A DNA stretch of 64,000 bases from Candidatus Poribacteria bacterium (GTDB taxonomy: Bacteria; Poribacteria; WGA-4E; WGA-3G). The position numbers were made by a program, and so were the translations under genes. Location: positions 1,312,001-1,376,000 of the forward strand of contig OZ251518.1 in the NCBI GenBank assembly GCA_965242965.1, in the 5' to 3' direction. Shown here piece by piece: positions 20,067 to 29,574 of the stretch. The notes under the pieces were generated by a model. It was not told the DNA's origin. It did no database searches and saw only the letters and a program-made list of their open reading frames with translations. Within the stretch, counting starts at the first letter, position 1; every line of letters starts with the position of its first letter.

Positions 20067-21023
20067 CTAGTCACCGTGGAAGATGGACAGAAGCATCCGT
20101 TCCACGTGTCTGGGGAAGGACGTGTCATAATTGTCCCAACTCGCGTACTGATCCAACTCAAGCGTCGTCGGCAGCGTATCCACCAGCCCGAAGACCGCGA
20201 AGAAACCCTGCTGTGCGATTGCCTCGTTAATCGCCGCAAACGTCGCGTCATACAAATCGTTGTAATACTGCGCGTTGTCGAAAAGAACCTGCGGGTCCGT
20301 TGAGATTGAGTGCGCATTCACGGCATGCACCAAATCCCACTCGCTGACAGTGTTCAGAATATGGCGAACGCCGGTGAAATTCTTATCGTCGACCCAATTC
20401 TTGTGCGTTAACTGCTTATCCTCATACATATCGGCAGTTACCACGATTTTTTCGTTGGGCAGATAGGTAATGGTAGTCGCCTCGCCATCACCGGGACCTA
20501 AGTGATGCAACTCCACCATTGTGTCACCGACAGGAATGCTCTCAAAATCGGTGAAGGTCTTGTCCAACTCAGGCACATCAATCAAATCCGACAAAGCGAA
20601 AACAGGGAGGCAGTTGACATGTCCGTAGACTGTCGCATCCGGAAAAATTCCCGTGCCGCCGATGTGGTCATAGTGCTCATGCGTGAGGACAATGTCCGTA
20701 ACCGGATTATCGGTGAGCGATGCAATAACGGCCGCTAACTTTTGTGCCCGGCCGTCATTCTGCGGATCCGTGATGAGCACATCCTGGCCGGAAATCACGA
20801 TTAGGCTGCTGCCAAAATCACCGAACCACTGGTAAATACCGGCGGCCAACTCTTTTGTATCTCCCTCAAGAGCTGCTGCCGCCTCTGCCGGTTCTGCTGC
20901 TTCTGCCGCCGCAGCGGCCTGCTGCAGCATCTTTTCCGGGGCTCGACTGCAACCGCTGAAAGCGATAACAGTTAGCAGGATACTAAAAAGGGCTAAACTC
21001 AGCCCCACGTTAAACTTCTTCAT
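20067..21023 (-). CDS. MBL-fold metallo-hydrolase, probable lipoprotein
   Basis: Lipobox FSGC; THEHYDHIGG motif; Ala/Glu-rich linker. Confidence 0.88.
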   Translation of the reverse strand: MKKFNVGLSLALFSILLTVIAFSGCSRAPEKMLQQAAAAAEAAEPAEAAAALEGDTKELAAGIYQWFGDFGSSLIVISGQDVLITDPQNDGRAQKLAAVIASLTDNPVTDIVLTHEHYDHIGGTGIFPDATVYGHVNCLPVFALSDLIDVPELDKTFTDFESIPVGDTMVELHHLGPGDGEATTITYLPNEKIVVTADMYEDKQLTHKNWVDDKNFTGVRHILNTVSEWDLVHAVNAHSISTDPQVLFDNAQYYNDLYDATFAAINEAIAQQGFFAVFGLVDTLPTTLELDQYASWDNYDTSFPRHVERMLLSIFHGD

Positions 21024-21305
21024 TTGTCATTTCCTTTTTTTAGATATAGGATGGACGCAGGACGGTTCCAATAGGCGCGGCTGCCAACCACGCTACCTAT
21101 GGAGAATGATGTCATTTGCTTCCACCCTGGACATATAGATAGGGCTCCAAAACCGAAGAGATGACGAAAACCAGTAAACGGTTGGTTTCCCCTCTTCTGG
21201 CATTTCAAGCCCTGGTTGTTACATCTTATTATTATACAGAAAATGTAATTTTAAGTCAAATTTTAAAAAATTGTGAATATGAATCGGGAACCGCTATTTA
21301 CAACA

Positions 21306-21620
21306 CGATCGCGAGGGACAGGCCCTCGCGCTACGGAAACGAAAACCGTTCTTTACAACGCGATCGCGAGGGACAGGCCCTCGCGCTACGGCAGCAGGAA
21401 CCCCTAATGCACCGTAGGGCGGGGGCCTGTCCCCCGCCATGCCTGGGGTTACTGAACGTTCGCGAGGGACAGGCCCTCGCGCTACGGAAACGGAAACCCC
21501 TATTTACACCGAACGATCGCGAGGGACAGGCCCTCGCGCTACGGCCCGGGCGGCGGTACTATTTCCAATACGTTCGCGAGGGACAGGCCCTCGCGCTACG
21601 GCCCGGGCGGCGGTTCTATT
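21306..21620. repeat. Tandem REP array (about 57-bp period), not CRISPR
   Basis: Five G(A/T)TCGCGAGGGACAGGCCCTCGCGCTACGG plus one inverted variant; spacers related to each other. Confidence 0.85.
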
Positions 21621-21712
21621 CGCGGTTTGTCATAAATCACGCGGAATTTTCTTGATAAATAAATCACTTTTTGGTAAAATTGAAACGTTAGATAAGGAGG
21701 AATAGAATTTTG

Positions 21713-23302
21713 ATGAACGTTACACCGCAAGTCAACACGCTCTACTACGGCGACTGCCTAGAGGTAATGCGTGGTTGGGGGGACGGCTGGGTAGACGAGG
21801 TCTATCTCGATCCGCCGTTTAACTCCAACGCTGACTATAACATCATTTACGGCACGGACAGCGCGGGCACTCGCACGGCACAAGTGCAGGCGTTTACAGA
21901 TACGTGGACATGGGATGAAGCCGCCATCTCGCGCGTCAATGACATTGAACTTGACGTGCTCCATCCCGCGCACCGAGCCGTTATCGTCTTAAAAACGGCA
22001 CTCGGCGAATCCGGCATGCTCGCCTATGTCAGTTATATGGCGGAACGCCTCGCCGAGATGCATCGGCTCCTGAAGCCAACAGGCACCCTCTGGTTACACT
22101 GCGACCAGACAGCGAGCCACTACCTGAAAATCGCGCTGGATCTTCTGTTTGGCGCGCGGAACTTTTGCAACGAGATTATGTGGAAGAAGACGAACTCGCC
22201 GAAGCCGCAGGCAACCTTCTTTGGCGCGCAGAAAGACGTTATCTTGGTTTACGCGAAGGATGTATCGCAGACCAAGTTCCACAAAATCTATCGCGAACAC
22301 GATGAGAAGGCATTGAAAATCTATCGCTACGATGACAACGATGGGCGTGGGATTTACCGCACAATTTCAATTGAGGCCCATGGATTACAGCGTTCTGCCG
22401 GCCGAAAACAGTTTGAGTTTAAGGGACGCGTCGCGCCTTATCTCTACAGTCTTGAGCGTTTGCAAGCGTGGGATGCTGAGGGACGTATCCATACCTCGCG
22501 GAACGGGTTGCATCGTCGAAAGCAATACCTGAATGAAAGTCCGGGCATCGTTTGCTCCGATATTTGGACAGACAATGAGGTAAACCCCATTCAGGGGAAA
22601 GAGCGGTTGTATCCGACGCAGAAACCACTAGCGTTGCTGGAACGCGTCATCAACGCTGCCACCGATGAAGGCGATATTGTGCTGGATCCGTTTTGCGGTT
22701 GCGGCACGACAATCGTCGCCGCACACAAACTCAACCGAAAGTGGATTGGGATAGACATCTCACCGTTTGTCGTCGACATTATTGGGACGCAGCGGTTCGG
22801 CGGCATGAAGTTGAACACCGATGGCATCCCAACCGATATGGAGAGCGCGAAGAAACTCGCGCGCGAAAAGCCGTTCCATTTTGAGGCATGGGCCGTTACA
22901 CGCGTCCCTGGGCTCGCCGCTAATGATGTGCGCAGCGGGGACCGGGGTATTGACGGCCGCGGCGTGCTTGTCACGAAACCGGCGGGGGCAACATCCAATG
23001 TCGTCTTGGCGCAGGTGAAAGGTGGTAGATTTCAGTTGAGTCATCTTCGCGACTTCCTGTGGGTGCTGGAACGCGAAAAGGCACTCTTTGGCGTATTTAT
23101 CACCTTGGAGCCGATTACGTCCGCGCAAGCGAAATCGGAAATGGCGCGGCTTGGGGAGATAACGGTGGGGGCATCGGTGTATCCGCGGGTGCAATCCTGG
23201 TCGATCCAAGATTACTTTGCGGGCCGTTTGCCGCAGCTGCCGCCCCTGAACGATCCCTATACGGGCAAACCGATGAGAACGGTGCTGCCGTTGGGGGTGT
23301 AG
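21713..23302 (+). CDS. Beta-class DNA methyltransferase::Mrr-like nuclease fusion (copy 3)
   Basis: DPPFNS..YPTQKP..DPFCGCGT..GDRGIDG..AQVKGG; RBS AAGGAGG. Confidence 0.92.
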   Translation: MNVTPQVNTLYYGDCLEVMRGWGDGWVDEVYLDPPFNSNADYNIIYGTDSAGTRTAQVQAFTDTWTWDEAAISRVNDIELDVLHPAHRAVIVLKTALGESGMLAYVSYMAERLAEMHRLLKPTGTLWLHCDQTASHYLKIALDLLFGARNFCNEIMWKKTNSPKPQATFFGAQKDVILVYAKDVSQTKFHKIYREHDEKALKIYRYDDNDGRGIYRTISIEAHGLQRSAGRKQFEFKGRVAPYLYSLERLQAWDAEGRIHTSRNGLHRRKQYLNESPGIVCSDIWTDNEVNPIQGKERLYPTQKPLALLERVINAATDEGDIVLDPFCGCGTTIVAAHKLNRKWIGIDISPFVVDIIGTQRFGGMKLNTDGIPTDMESAKKLAREKPFHFEAWAVTRVPGLAANDVRSGDRGIDGRGVLVTKPAGATSNVVLAQVKGGRFQLSHLRDFLWVLEREKALFGVFITLEPITSAQAKSEMARLGEITVGASVYPRVQSWSIQDYFAGRLPQLPPLNDPYTGKPMRTVLPLGV

Positions 23303-23311
23303 AGGATAAGA

Positions 23312-24895
23312 ATGAGCATCGTTACGCCGCAAGTCAACACATTTTATTACGGTGATTGTTTGGAGGTGATGCGCCGTTGGGAAGACAACTGCGTTGATGC
23401 AGTCTATCTCGATCCGCCGTTTAACTCCAACGCCGACTACAATATCATCTATGGCACGAGCGGCACGGCGCAGGTGCAGGCGTTTACGGATACGTGGACA
23501 TGGGATACGGAGGCGATTCAGCGCGTCCATCACATTGAACACGCTGCGAATCATCCGGCGCAGCAAGCCATAGTTGGGTTAAAAGTGTTACTCGGCGAAT
23601 CTGGCATGCTCGCCTATGTCAGTTATATGGCGGAACGCCTCGCTGAGATGCATCGGCTCCTGAAACCGACAGGCACGCTCTGGTTACACTGCGATGAAAC
23701 AGCGAGTCACTACCTGAAAATCGCGCTAGATCTCTTGTTTGGCGCGCAGAACTTCTGCAACGAGATTATGTGGAAGAAGTTGAGCTCACCGAAACCACAG
23801 GCAACTTTCTTTGGCGTGCAGAAAGATGTTATCTTGGTTTACGCGAAGGATGTATCGCAAACCAAGTTCCACAAAATCTATCGTGCACACGATGAGAAGG
23901 CATTGAAGCCCTATCGCTACGATGACAACGATGGGCGCGGGCCTTATCGCACTAATGCCCTTTCAAATAAGACCTCGTTAGGCGGCTTCGGGAAGATGCG
24001 GACGTGGGAGTGGCGAGGGGCAACGGCGCGCTGGATTTACAGTCTTGAGAAACTGGAAGCACTGTGGGCGGATAGGCGTATCCATACCTCACGGAACGGA
24101 CTGCATCGCATGAAGCAATACCTCCACGAGAGTCCCGGCATCGTCGTTTCCGATATTTGGACAGATAGCGATGTCAACCCGATTCAGGGGAAGGAGCGGT
24201 TATATCCGACGCAGAAACCGCTAGCCTTATTGGAACGCATAGTCAAGGCTTCCACCGATGAGGGAGATATTGTGCTGGATCCGTTCTGTGGTTGCGGCAC
24301 GACAATCGTCGCCGCACACAAACTCAACCGGAAGTGGATTGGGATAGACATCTCACCGTTTGTCGTCGACATTATTGAGACGCAGCGGTTCGGCGGCATG
24401 AAGTTGAACACCGATGGTATCCCAACCGATATGGAGAGCGCGAAGAAGCTCGCTCGCGAGAAGCCGTTCCATTTTGAAGCATGGGCTGTTACACGCGTCC
24501 CCGGGCTCGCCGCCAATGATGTGCGCCGCGGTGACAGGGGTATTGACGGCCGCGGCGTGCTTGTCACGAAACCGGCGGGGGCAACATCCAATGTCGTCTT
24601 GGCGCAGGTGAAAGGCGGTAGATTTCAGTTGAGTCATCTTCGCGATTTCCTGTGGGTGCTGGAACGCGAAAAGGCACTCTTTGGCGTATTTATCACTTTG
24701 GAGCCGGTTACGTCTGCGCAAGCGAAATCGGAAATGGCGCGGCTTGGGGAGATAACGGTGGGTGCGTCGGTGTATCCGCGGGTGCAATCCTGGTCTGTCC
24801 AAGATTACTTTGCGGGCCGTTTGCCATCGCTGCCGCCAATGAACGATCCCTATACGGGCAAACCGATGCGAACGGTGTTGCCATTGGGGGTGTAG
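23312..24895 (+). CDS. Beta-class DNA methyltransferase::Mrr-like nuclease fusion (copy 4, tandem duplicate of copy 3)
   Basis: Near-identical to copy 3 except two variable blocks; 9 nt intergenic. Confidence 0.92.
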   Translation: MSIVTPQVNTFYYGDCLEVMRRWEDNCVDAVYLDPPFNSNADYNIIYGTSGTAQVQAFTDTWTWDTEAIQRVHHIEHAANHPAQQAIVGLKVLLGESGMLAYVSYMAERLAEMHRLLKPTGTLWLHCDETASHYLKIALDLLFGAQNFCNEIMWKKLSSPKPQATFFGVQKDVILVYAKDVSQTKFHKIYRAHDEKALKPYRYDDNDGRGPYRTNALSNKTSLGGFGKMRTWEWRGATARWIYSLEKLEALWADRRIHTSRNGLHRMKQYLHESPGIVVSDIWTDSDVNPIQGKERLYPTQKPLALLERIVKASTDEGDIVLDPFCGCGTTIVAAHKLNRKWIGIDISPFVVDIIETQRFGGMKLNTDGIPTDMESAKKLAREKPFHFEAWAVTRVPGLAANDVRRGDRGIDGRGVLVTKPAGATSNVVLAQVKGGRFQLSHLRDFLWVLEREKALFGVFITLEPVTSAQAKSEMARLGEITVGASVYPRVQSWSVQDYFAGRLPSLPPMNDPYTGKPMRTVLPLGV

Positions 24896-24900
24896 AGATC

Positions 24901-25714
24901 AAGTGAGGGTGTTTCATAACTCGCTCAACGTCGCGGTGATAGTCCCCGCGATACGATGAAAAAACGCCGCCCCTTTACGTAGGGCGAGGGCCTGTCCCTC
25001 GCCATCGTTCGCGCGCCGGAAAAAACGTCTCTGGTTCTCTTCAGGTCCGTAGGACCTGAATGTCTATAGCACGCGCAGACGCGAAGAATGCTAAGGGCCT
25101 TTAGGTCCTTAATATTTTGCCAGGTCCGCGTGGTTTTTATTAAGGACCTAAAGGACCTTGAAAACGTAACGACACGTTTTTCTATAGACATGTAGGACCT
25201 AAAGGACCTAAAAACATAACTTGTCAATGGAGATCGCAGGGGACAGGCCCCCGCGCTACGGTGAAAAATGGGGAATTGCCGGTAGGCGAGTCCTCCCGGT
25301 CTCGATGCGAGCGATGTCCTCCCCGTAGGAGAGACCTCCCGGTCTCGATTTTTCGTATCGGGACAGGGATGTCCCTCCTACCGCCAAGGCATCGGGCCCA
25401 CCTCTGTAGTTCGGGAGCGCCCGCTCCCGAACGAGTCAGGATCAGGCGATCCTGCCCTACAGGGGTGAGGCGGTCTGCCAGCCAAACGCATGGCGAGGGA
25501 AACCCGCTCGCATGCGCGTGTGGCATGCGAGGGCCCTCGCCCTACGTGAAGGTGAAGGGGACTGTTTTTAACCGTAGCGCGGGGGCCTGTCCCCCGCGAT
25601 CGCAGCATGGCGAGGGACAGGCCCTCGCCCTACGTAAAGGGGTAGCGTTTTTTTCAACGTAGCGCGGGGGACAGGCCCCCGCGACGTTGGACGATTTAGG
25701 AAACACCCTCACTT
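24901..25714. mobile_element. MITE-like composite REP element with terminal inverted repeats
   Basis: AAGTGAGGGTGTTTCATAACTCGCTCAACGTCGCGG ... CCGCGACGTTGGACGATTTAGGAAACACCCTCACTT; includes an ATAG module at about 25040-25215. Confidence 0.78.
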
Positions 25715-25780
25715 AATAAGAGCGTCAGTCAAAAAGTCCAGATTCGATCTGCTATCTTTCAGGAATAAGCACAGCATGCG

Positions 25781-27232
25781 TTAAAACCGTTTCAGATAAA
25801 TATCTCCATTATCCCGCTGCGTATTACTCCAGACGACAACCCAATGTCCGTTCCCGACAGAGACGACAAACGGCGGATAATGCTTTCCCTCACGGATAGA
25901 GATGGGGACTCCGTTTTCTTTCCACAGTAAGTTCCCGTCTAAATCAAGCTGCTGTCCGTAGATGGCATCGCTGCTCTCTTCGCCGAAGTCTTCGCGGTAA
26001 TCCAGCCATGCGACGAAGAACCGATTCGCTTCCGTGCGGACGATGAACGGTTTATCTTGATGCCCACCGGCGGTGCAGAGAGGGATGCCATCTTTTTCCC
26101 AGGCCGCTGTCCCATCGGCACGGATGCGCTGCATATAGAGCTCGGAATAGACATCGCGTTCATCACGCCAAACGGCGATGAAACCGCCACTTCCATCGCT
26201 GACAACGGAGGCATGCTTCTGAATCCCCGGTGCCGTGCATAAAGCGATGCCGTTCTCACCCCACAACTTACTACCGTCGGGGGCGATGCGCTGCGCGTAG
26301 AGTTCATCGTTGATGAAATTCTCATACACCTGCCAGAGGACGATAACCCCGCCTTCACCATCGGCAATCATACGCGGTTCCCCTTGCATCCCATCCGGCG
26401 GAGAGACGAGGCGCGGGGTATCCCACAGCGGTTCCCCAGTGAAACTTAGCCGATACGCCATGATGTGCCACGCGTCGTAGCCGATAACGTCCCACCACAC
26501 AATATAAAAACCACCCCTACCATCGGCTATGAGCCCCGGGTCGCTCTGTAAGGATTCTGATGGAAAGACAGGAATGCCATCCTGCTGCCAGAGTGGCTGC
26601 CCCGTCGGGCTCAGCCGTTGAATGTAGAGATCTTGGAATTCGGAGCTCTGTCGTTCATCTTCCCAAACGCAAATAGCACCGCCTTCGTCATCGCTCAGGA
26701 GTGCTTGTGTCGACTGATCTGCAGTGTTAGTGCAGACAGGAATGCCATCGGTTTGCCATAACACTTCGCCGGCAAGATTCACCGCCTGCGCGTAGATATC
26801 CCAGTTAGTCCTGTCACGTCTATCATTCCAGACGACGATTGCATGCGTCTCGTGCCGAACCGTTCGCAAGCGGCGTTGGTTTCTGTCCGCGCGACAAAGC
26901 GGGATCCCATCTGCTTCCCAGACTGCTGTGCCGGTGTTATCCACGCGCTGCGCGTAAACGTCCCAATCCTTGCCGGTGCGGTAGTCTTCCCACATCACGA
27001 TAACGCCGCCATCGCCATCGGCAACCACCCACGGCAAAAATTGCCCATCTTGCGCAGTTGAGACTGCAATCTCAGTGGAGATTGGTAGGCGCGCTTTGAG
27101 AGTATGCTCTTCGCTTGAAGCAGAAAGACAAACGATAAGCATCCCTATCCAGAAGAGACAGAGCCAATAATAGATGCCATGACTTCTCGCCAGACGCACG
27201 GTTAATCGGATGAAAGCGTTTTGGGTGTCCAT
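25781..27232 (-). CDS. Exported repeat protein (probable beta-propeller; WxDxR / DIYAQR / W..GIP repeats)
   Basis: About 7 repeats of DGxGGxIxxWxDxR..DxYxQR..GxxxWxxxGIP; hydrophobic N-terminus; start uncertain. Confidence 0.75.
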   Translation of the reverse strand: MDTQNAFIRLTVRLARSHGIYYWLCLFWIGMLIVCLSASSEEHTLKARLPISTEIAVSTAQDGQFLPWVVADGDGGVIVMWEDYRTGKDWDVYAQRVDNTGTAVWEADGIPLCRADRNQRRLRTVRHETHAIVVWNDRRDRTNWDIYAQAVNLAGEVLWQTDGIPVCTNTADQSTQALLSDDEGGAICVWEDERQSSEFQDLYIQRLSPTGQPLWQQDGIPVFPSESLQSDPGLIADGRGGFYIVWWDVIGYDAWHIMAYRLSFTGEPLWDTPRLVSPPDGMQGEPRMIADGEGGVIVLWQVYENFINDELYAQRIAPDGSKLWGENGIALCTAPGIQKHASVVSDGSGGFIAVWRDERDVYSELYMQRIRADGTAAWEKDGIPLCTAGGHQDKPFIVRTEANRFFVAWLDYREDFGEESSDAIYGQQLDLDGNLLWKENGVPISIREGKHYPPFVVSVGNGHWVVVWSNTQRDNGDIYLKRF

Positions 27233-27696
27233 AGATTCACCACGGTTGCGTCTACCTCTCTGAGGACATCCCACCGTTGGGTGGGCAGCTCAAGGTGAGC
27301 GATTGCCGCTGTAGGCATCTGCCTATAGGTACTCGCTAAGGTGAGCAAGAGGGCTTCCAAGACAGGATTATGCCCAACGATTAAGACGCGTTCATAAGCA
27401 TTCGGCAGGACGTGCAAGGTTTTAATGTAGTTCCATGCTGATGTCTCATAAAGCACGTCTAGCAGCTCCGGTTCTCCATCGTACTGACAGGCTTGCGCGA
27501 CGTGGCTAGCCGTGTCGCGCGCACGCTTTGCCGATGAACTGAGGATAAGTTCCGGCGTTAACTTGTTTTCCAGCAGCAACTTGCCCATGCGCGGTGCATC
27601 GCGCAGCCCACGCTTGTTGAGCGGCCGCTCGTGGTCTGGGAGCTCTGGCTGGTCCCAACTTGATTTAGCGTGCCGCATCAGGAGTAATGTTTTCAT
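27202..27696 (-). CDS. sixA: Histidine phosphatase, SixA-like
   Basis: MRHAKS, RPLNKRG, SSAKRARDT, VGHNP. Confidence 0.85.
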   Translation of the reverse strand: MKTLLLMRHAKSSWDQPELPDHERPLNKRGLRDAPRMGKLLLENKLTPELILSSSAKRARDTASHVAQACQYDGEPELLDVLYETSAWNYIKTLHVLPNAYERVLIVGHNPVLEALLLTLASTYRQMPTAAIAHLELPTQRWDVLREVDATVVNLWTPKTLSSD

Positions 27697-27887
27697 TATC
27701 CCTCCCTTCCTCAAATGATGTTTTGTCATTAATCATAACAGAATTGAACTGAAAAAACAAGTGAAAAATTTTCTTGCATTCTCCGCGTTTTTGTGGTATC
27801 ATTTTAATAGTGCGGTATTTGTCAACGTTTTCAGAGGTAGATTCGTTAAAGCGTTCAGAAAACATACTTCAGAGGAGAAATAATATC

Positions 27888-28697
27888 ATGTTTGCCAAAA
27901 TCAACGAATTCACGAAACTCTTGAAAGCGGTGTGCTACCTGCTCCCGGCGGTGTTCATCCTCGGTTTCTATGGGTGCTCTATCGATTCCAACGACAGCGA
28001 CGATGACGAACCGCCCGCTGTCCCACGCGGGGTTTTCACCACGACAGGTGACGAGCAGATCAGCGTTGCGTGGTATCCTAACGCCGAATACGACTTGGCG
28101 GGTTACCGTGTCTGGCGCGGATACGACGGCACCAATTTCGACGAATTGCTGACAGAAACGGCATCGTCTCGCTACGTTGATACCGATGTGCGCAACGGCG
28201 AAACCTATTTTTACGCCGTGTCCGCCTACGATATTTACGGGAACGAAAGCGCGCTCAGTCCCGAAGACGCGCCGGATACCCCGCGGCCCGAAGGACGAAA
28301 CATCGTCCTCAACGACTGGCAGCTCATGCCGGGCCGCAGCGGGTTCGATGTTTCACGGCCCGAAAAAGGGAGCATTCACTGGGATACACCCCAAACCGAT
28401 TTCTATTTCGGCTTGGAGCCCGAAATCAACGTCACTTACTTTTATTCCGATAACGAGACGCTGATGCAGGATTTGGGGTATCACGAGAACTTTGACGCTG
28501 TCGATGTCGTCCCCGAAATGGGGTATACCACGCTATTTGTGGAAGCGATTGAGGGACATATCTACGCGTTCTATACACCCGATGGAAACTTCGCGAAGAT
28601 TCAGGTGCGCGAACTCTCCGACGACGAAGTTCTCTTTGACTGGGCATACCAGCCAGACCCCGAGAATGTCCAACTCGCGCCGGCTTTAAACCGATGA
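27888..28697 (+). CDS. Lipoprotein with fibronectin type III-like domain
   Basis: Lipobox FYGC; PPAVPRG..DLAGYRVWR..YFYAVSAYD..ES; RBS GAGGAG. Confidence 0.78.
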   Translation: MFAKINEFTKLLKAVCYLLPAVFILGFYGCSIDSNDSDDDEPPAVPRGVFTTTGDEQISVAWYPNAEYDLAGYRVWRGYDGTNFDELLTETASSRYVDTDVRNGETYFYAVSAYDIYGNESALSPEDAPDTPRPEGRNIVLNDWQLMPGRSGFDVSRPEKGSIHWDTPQTDFYFGLEPEINVTYFYSDNETLMQDLGYHENFDAVDVVPEMGYTTLFVEAIEGHIYAFYTPDGNFAKIQVRELSDDEVLFDWAYQPDPENVQLAPALNR

Positions 28698-28701
28698 GCA
28701 A

Positions 28702-28822
28702 ATTGCGCGGGAAACCTCTCCCGCGCAACATCGTCTTATCAACAACCGTATTGCGAGGGCCTGTCCCTCGCAATATCGTCTTAATAAACAACCGTATTGC
28801 GAGGGAAACCTCTCCCTCGCAA
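28702..28822. repeat. Three degenerate REP hairpins in tandem
   Basis: TTGCG(C/A)GGG..CCC(G/T)CGCAA repeated with a related spacer. Confidence 0.7.
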
Positions 28823-28835
28823 TGAGGAATGTCAG

Positions 28836-29525
28836 ATGAAAAAAAATCTTATGCACGATTTGCCTATCTTTTTCATCCTAATGCTCTTCGCCGTGTTAGG
28901 ACAGACGGTAGCCTTCGCCGCAACAACCGAAGGGTCCGCTGTCCAACCTGAAGCGGAAGCATCCAATATTGCCACAGGCGAAACCACTAAAGCGAGCACA
29001 CAGAATTATCAGTTGTTCGCCTCAAAGCGGACAGATACGCCTCAAAAACAACAGAATCAACCGGAGAAAACTTATCCGCTTTTCCGCGCACATGCGGAAC
29101 GGTATTACCCCGAACGCGATGTGCAAAAAGCGACGCGCCTCTCACTGATGATGCCCGGACTCGGGCAGGCTTACGCAGGCAATTACGGCAAAGCCAGTTT
29201 TTTCCTCGTCACCGAATTGGGGACATTCGCGCTTGCCGGTTATCACCTTGCGCGTGCCTTACACTATAACGCTCGGGATGGATTTGAGTCCGGTTTCCAC
29301 GACCCGAGGCTTGGCGAATTCTTAACTGCGAATCAGGCGCGCGTCCGGATGCGAAACCATAGCCTTTTCAGCGGGATCTTCCTCGTCACCGGCATCGGCT
29401 TGCATCTCTGGAACGTCTTTGATGCCTCAAAAACAACGGAGGCTGCCAATAACCGAAGATTTTCTGTGCGAATGCAACAAAGAGATAGTGGCATGCGTTC
29501 CGTTGTCTTCACGCATCAATTTTAG
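28836..29525 (+). CDS. Exported/membrane protein, DUF5683-like
   Basis: Signal peptide; SLMMPGLGQAYAG..K and WNVFDA motifs. Confidence 0.65.
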   Translation: MKKNLMHDLPIFFILMLFAVLGQTVAFAATTEGSAVQPEAEASNIATGETTKASTQNYQLFASKRTDTPQKQQNQPEKTYPLFRAHAERYYPERDVQKATRLSLMMPGLGQAYAGNYGKASFFLVTELGTFALAGYHLARALHYNARDGFESGFHDPRLGEFLTANQARVRMRNHSLFSGIFLVTGIGLHLWNVFDASKTTEAANNRRFSVRMQQRDSGMRSVVFTHQF

Positions 29526-29574
29526 AGTGTAACGGCGGATTTCTGCATCTGCCTGCTTCAAAAGGTAAAAAAAT

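Noticed and set aside
21306-21620. CRISPR-like repeat/spacer periodicity (also 35180-35350, 58006-58172, 59427-59840)
   Set aside because: The repeat is the dispersed REP, copies occur in both orientations, spacers are duplicates of each other, and there are no cas genes
21713-24895. Diversity-generating retroelement (TR/VR) explanation for MTase or TolB paralog variation
   Set aside because: Differences are not adenine-specific and no reverse transcriptase is present
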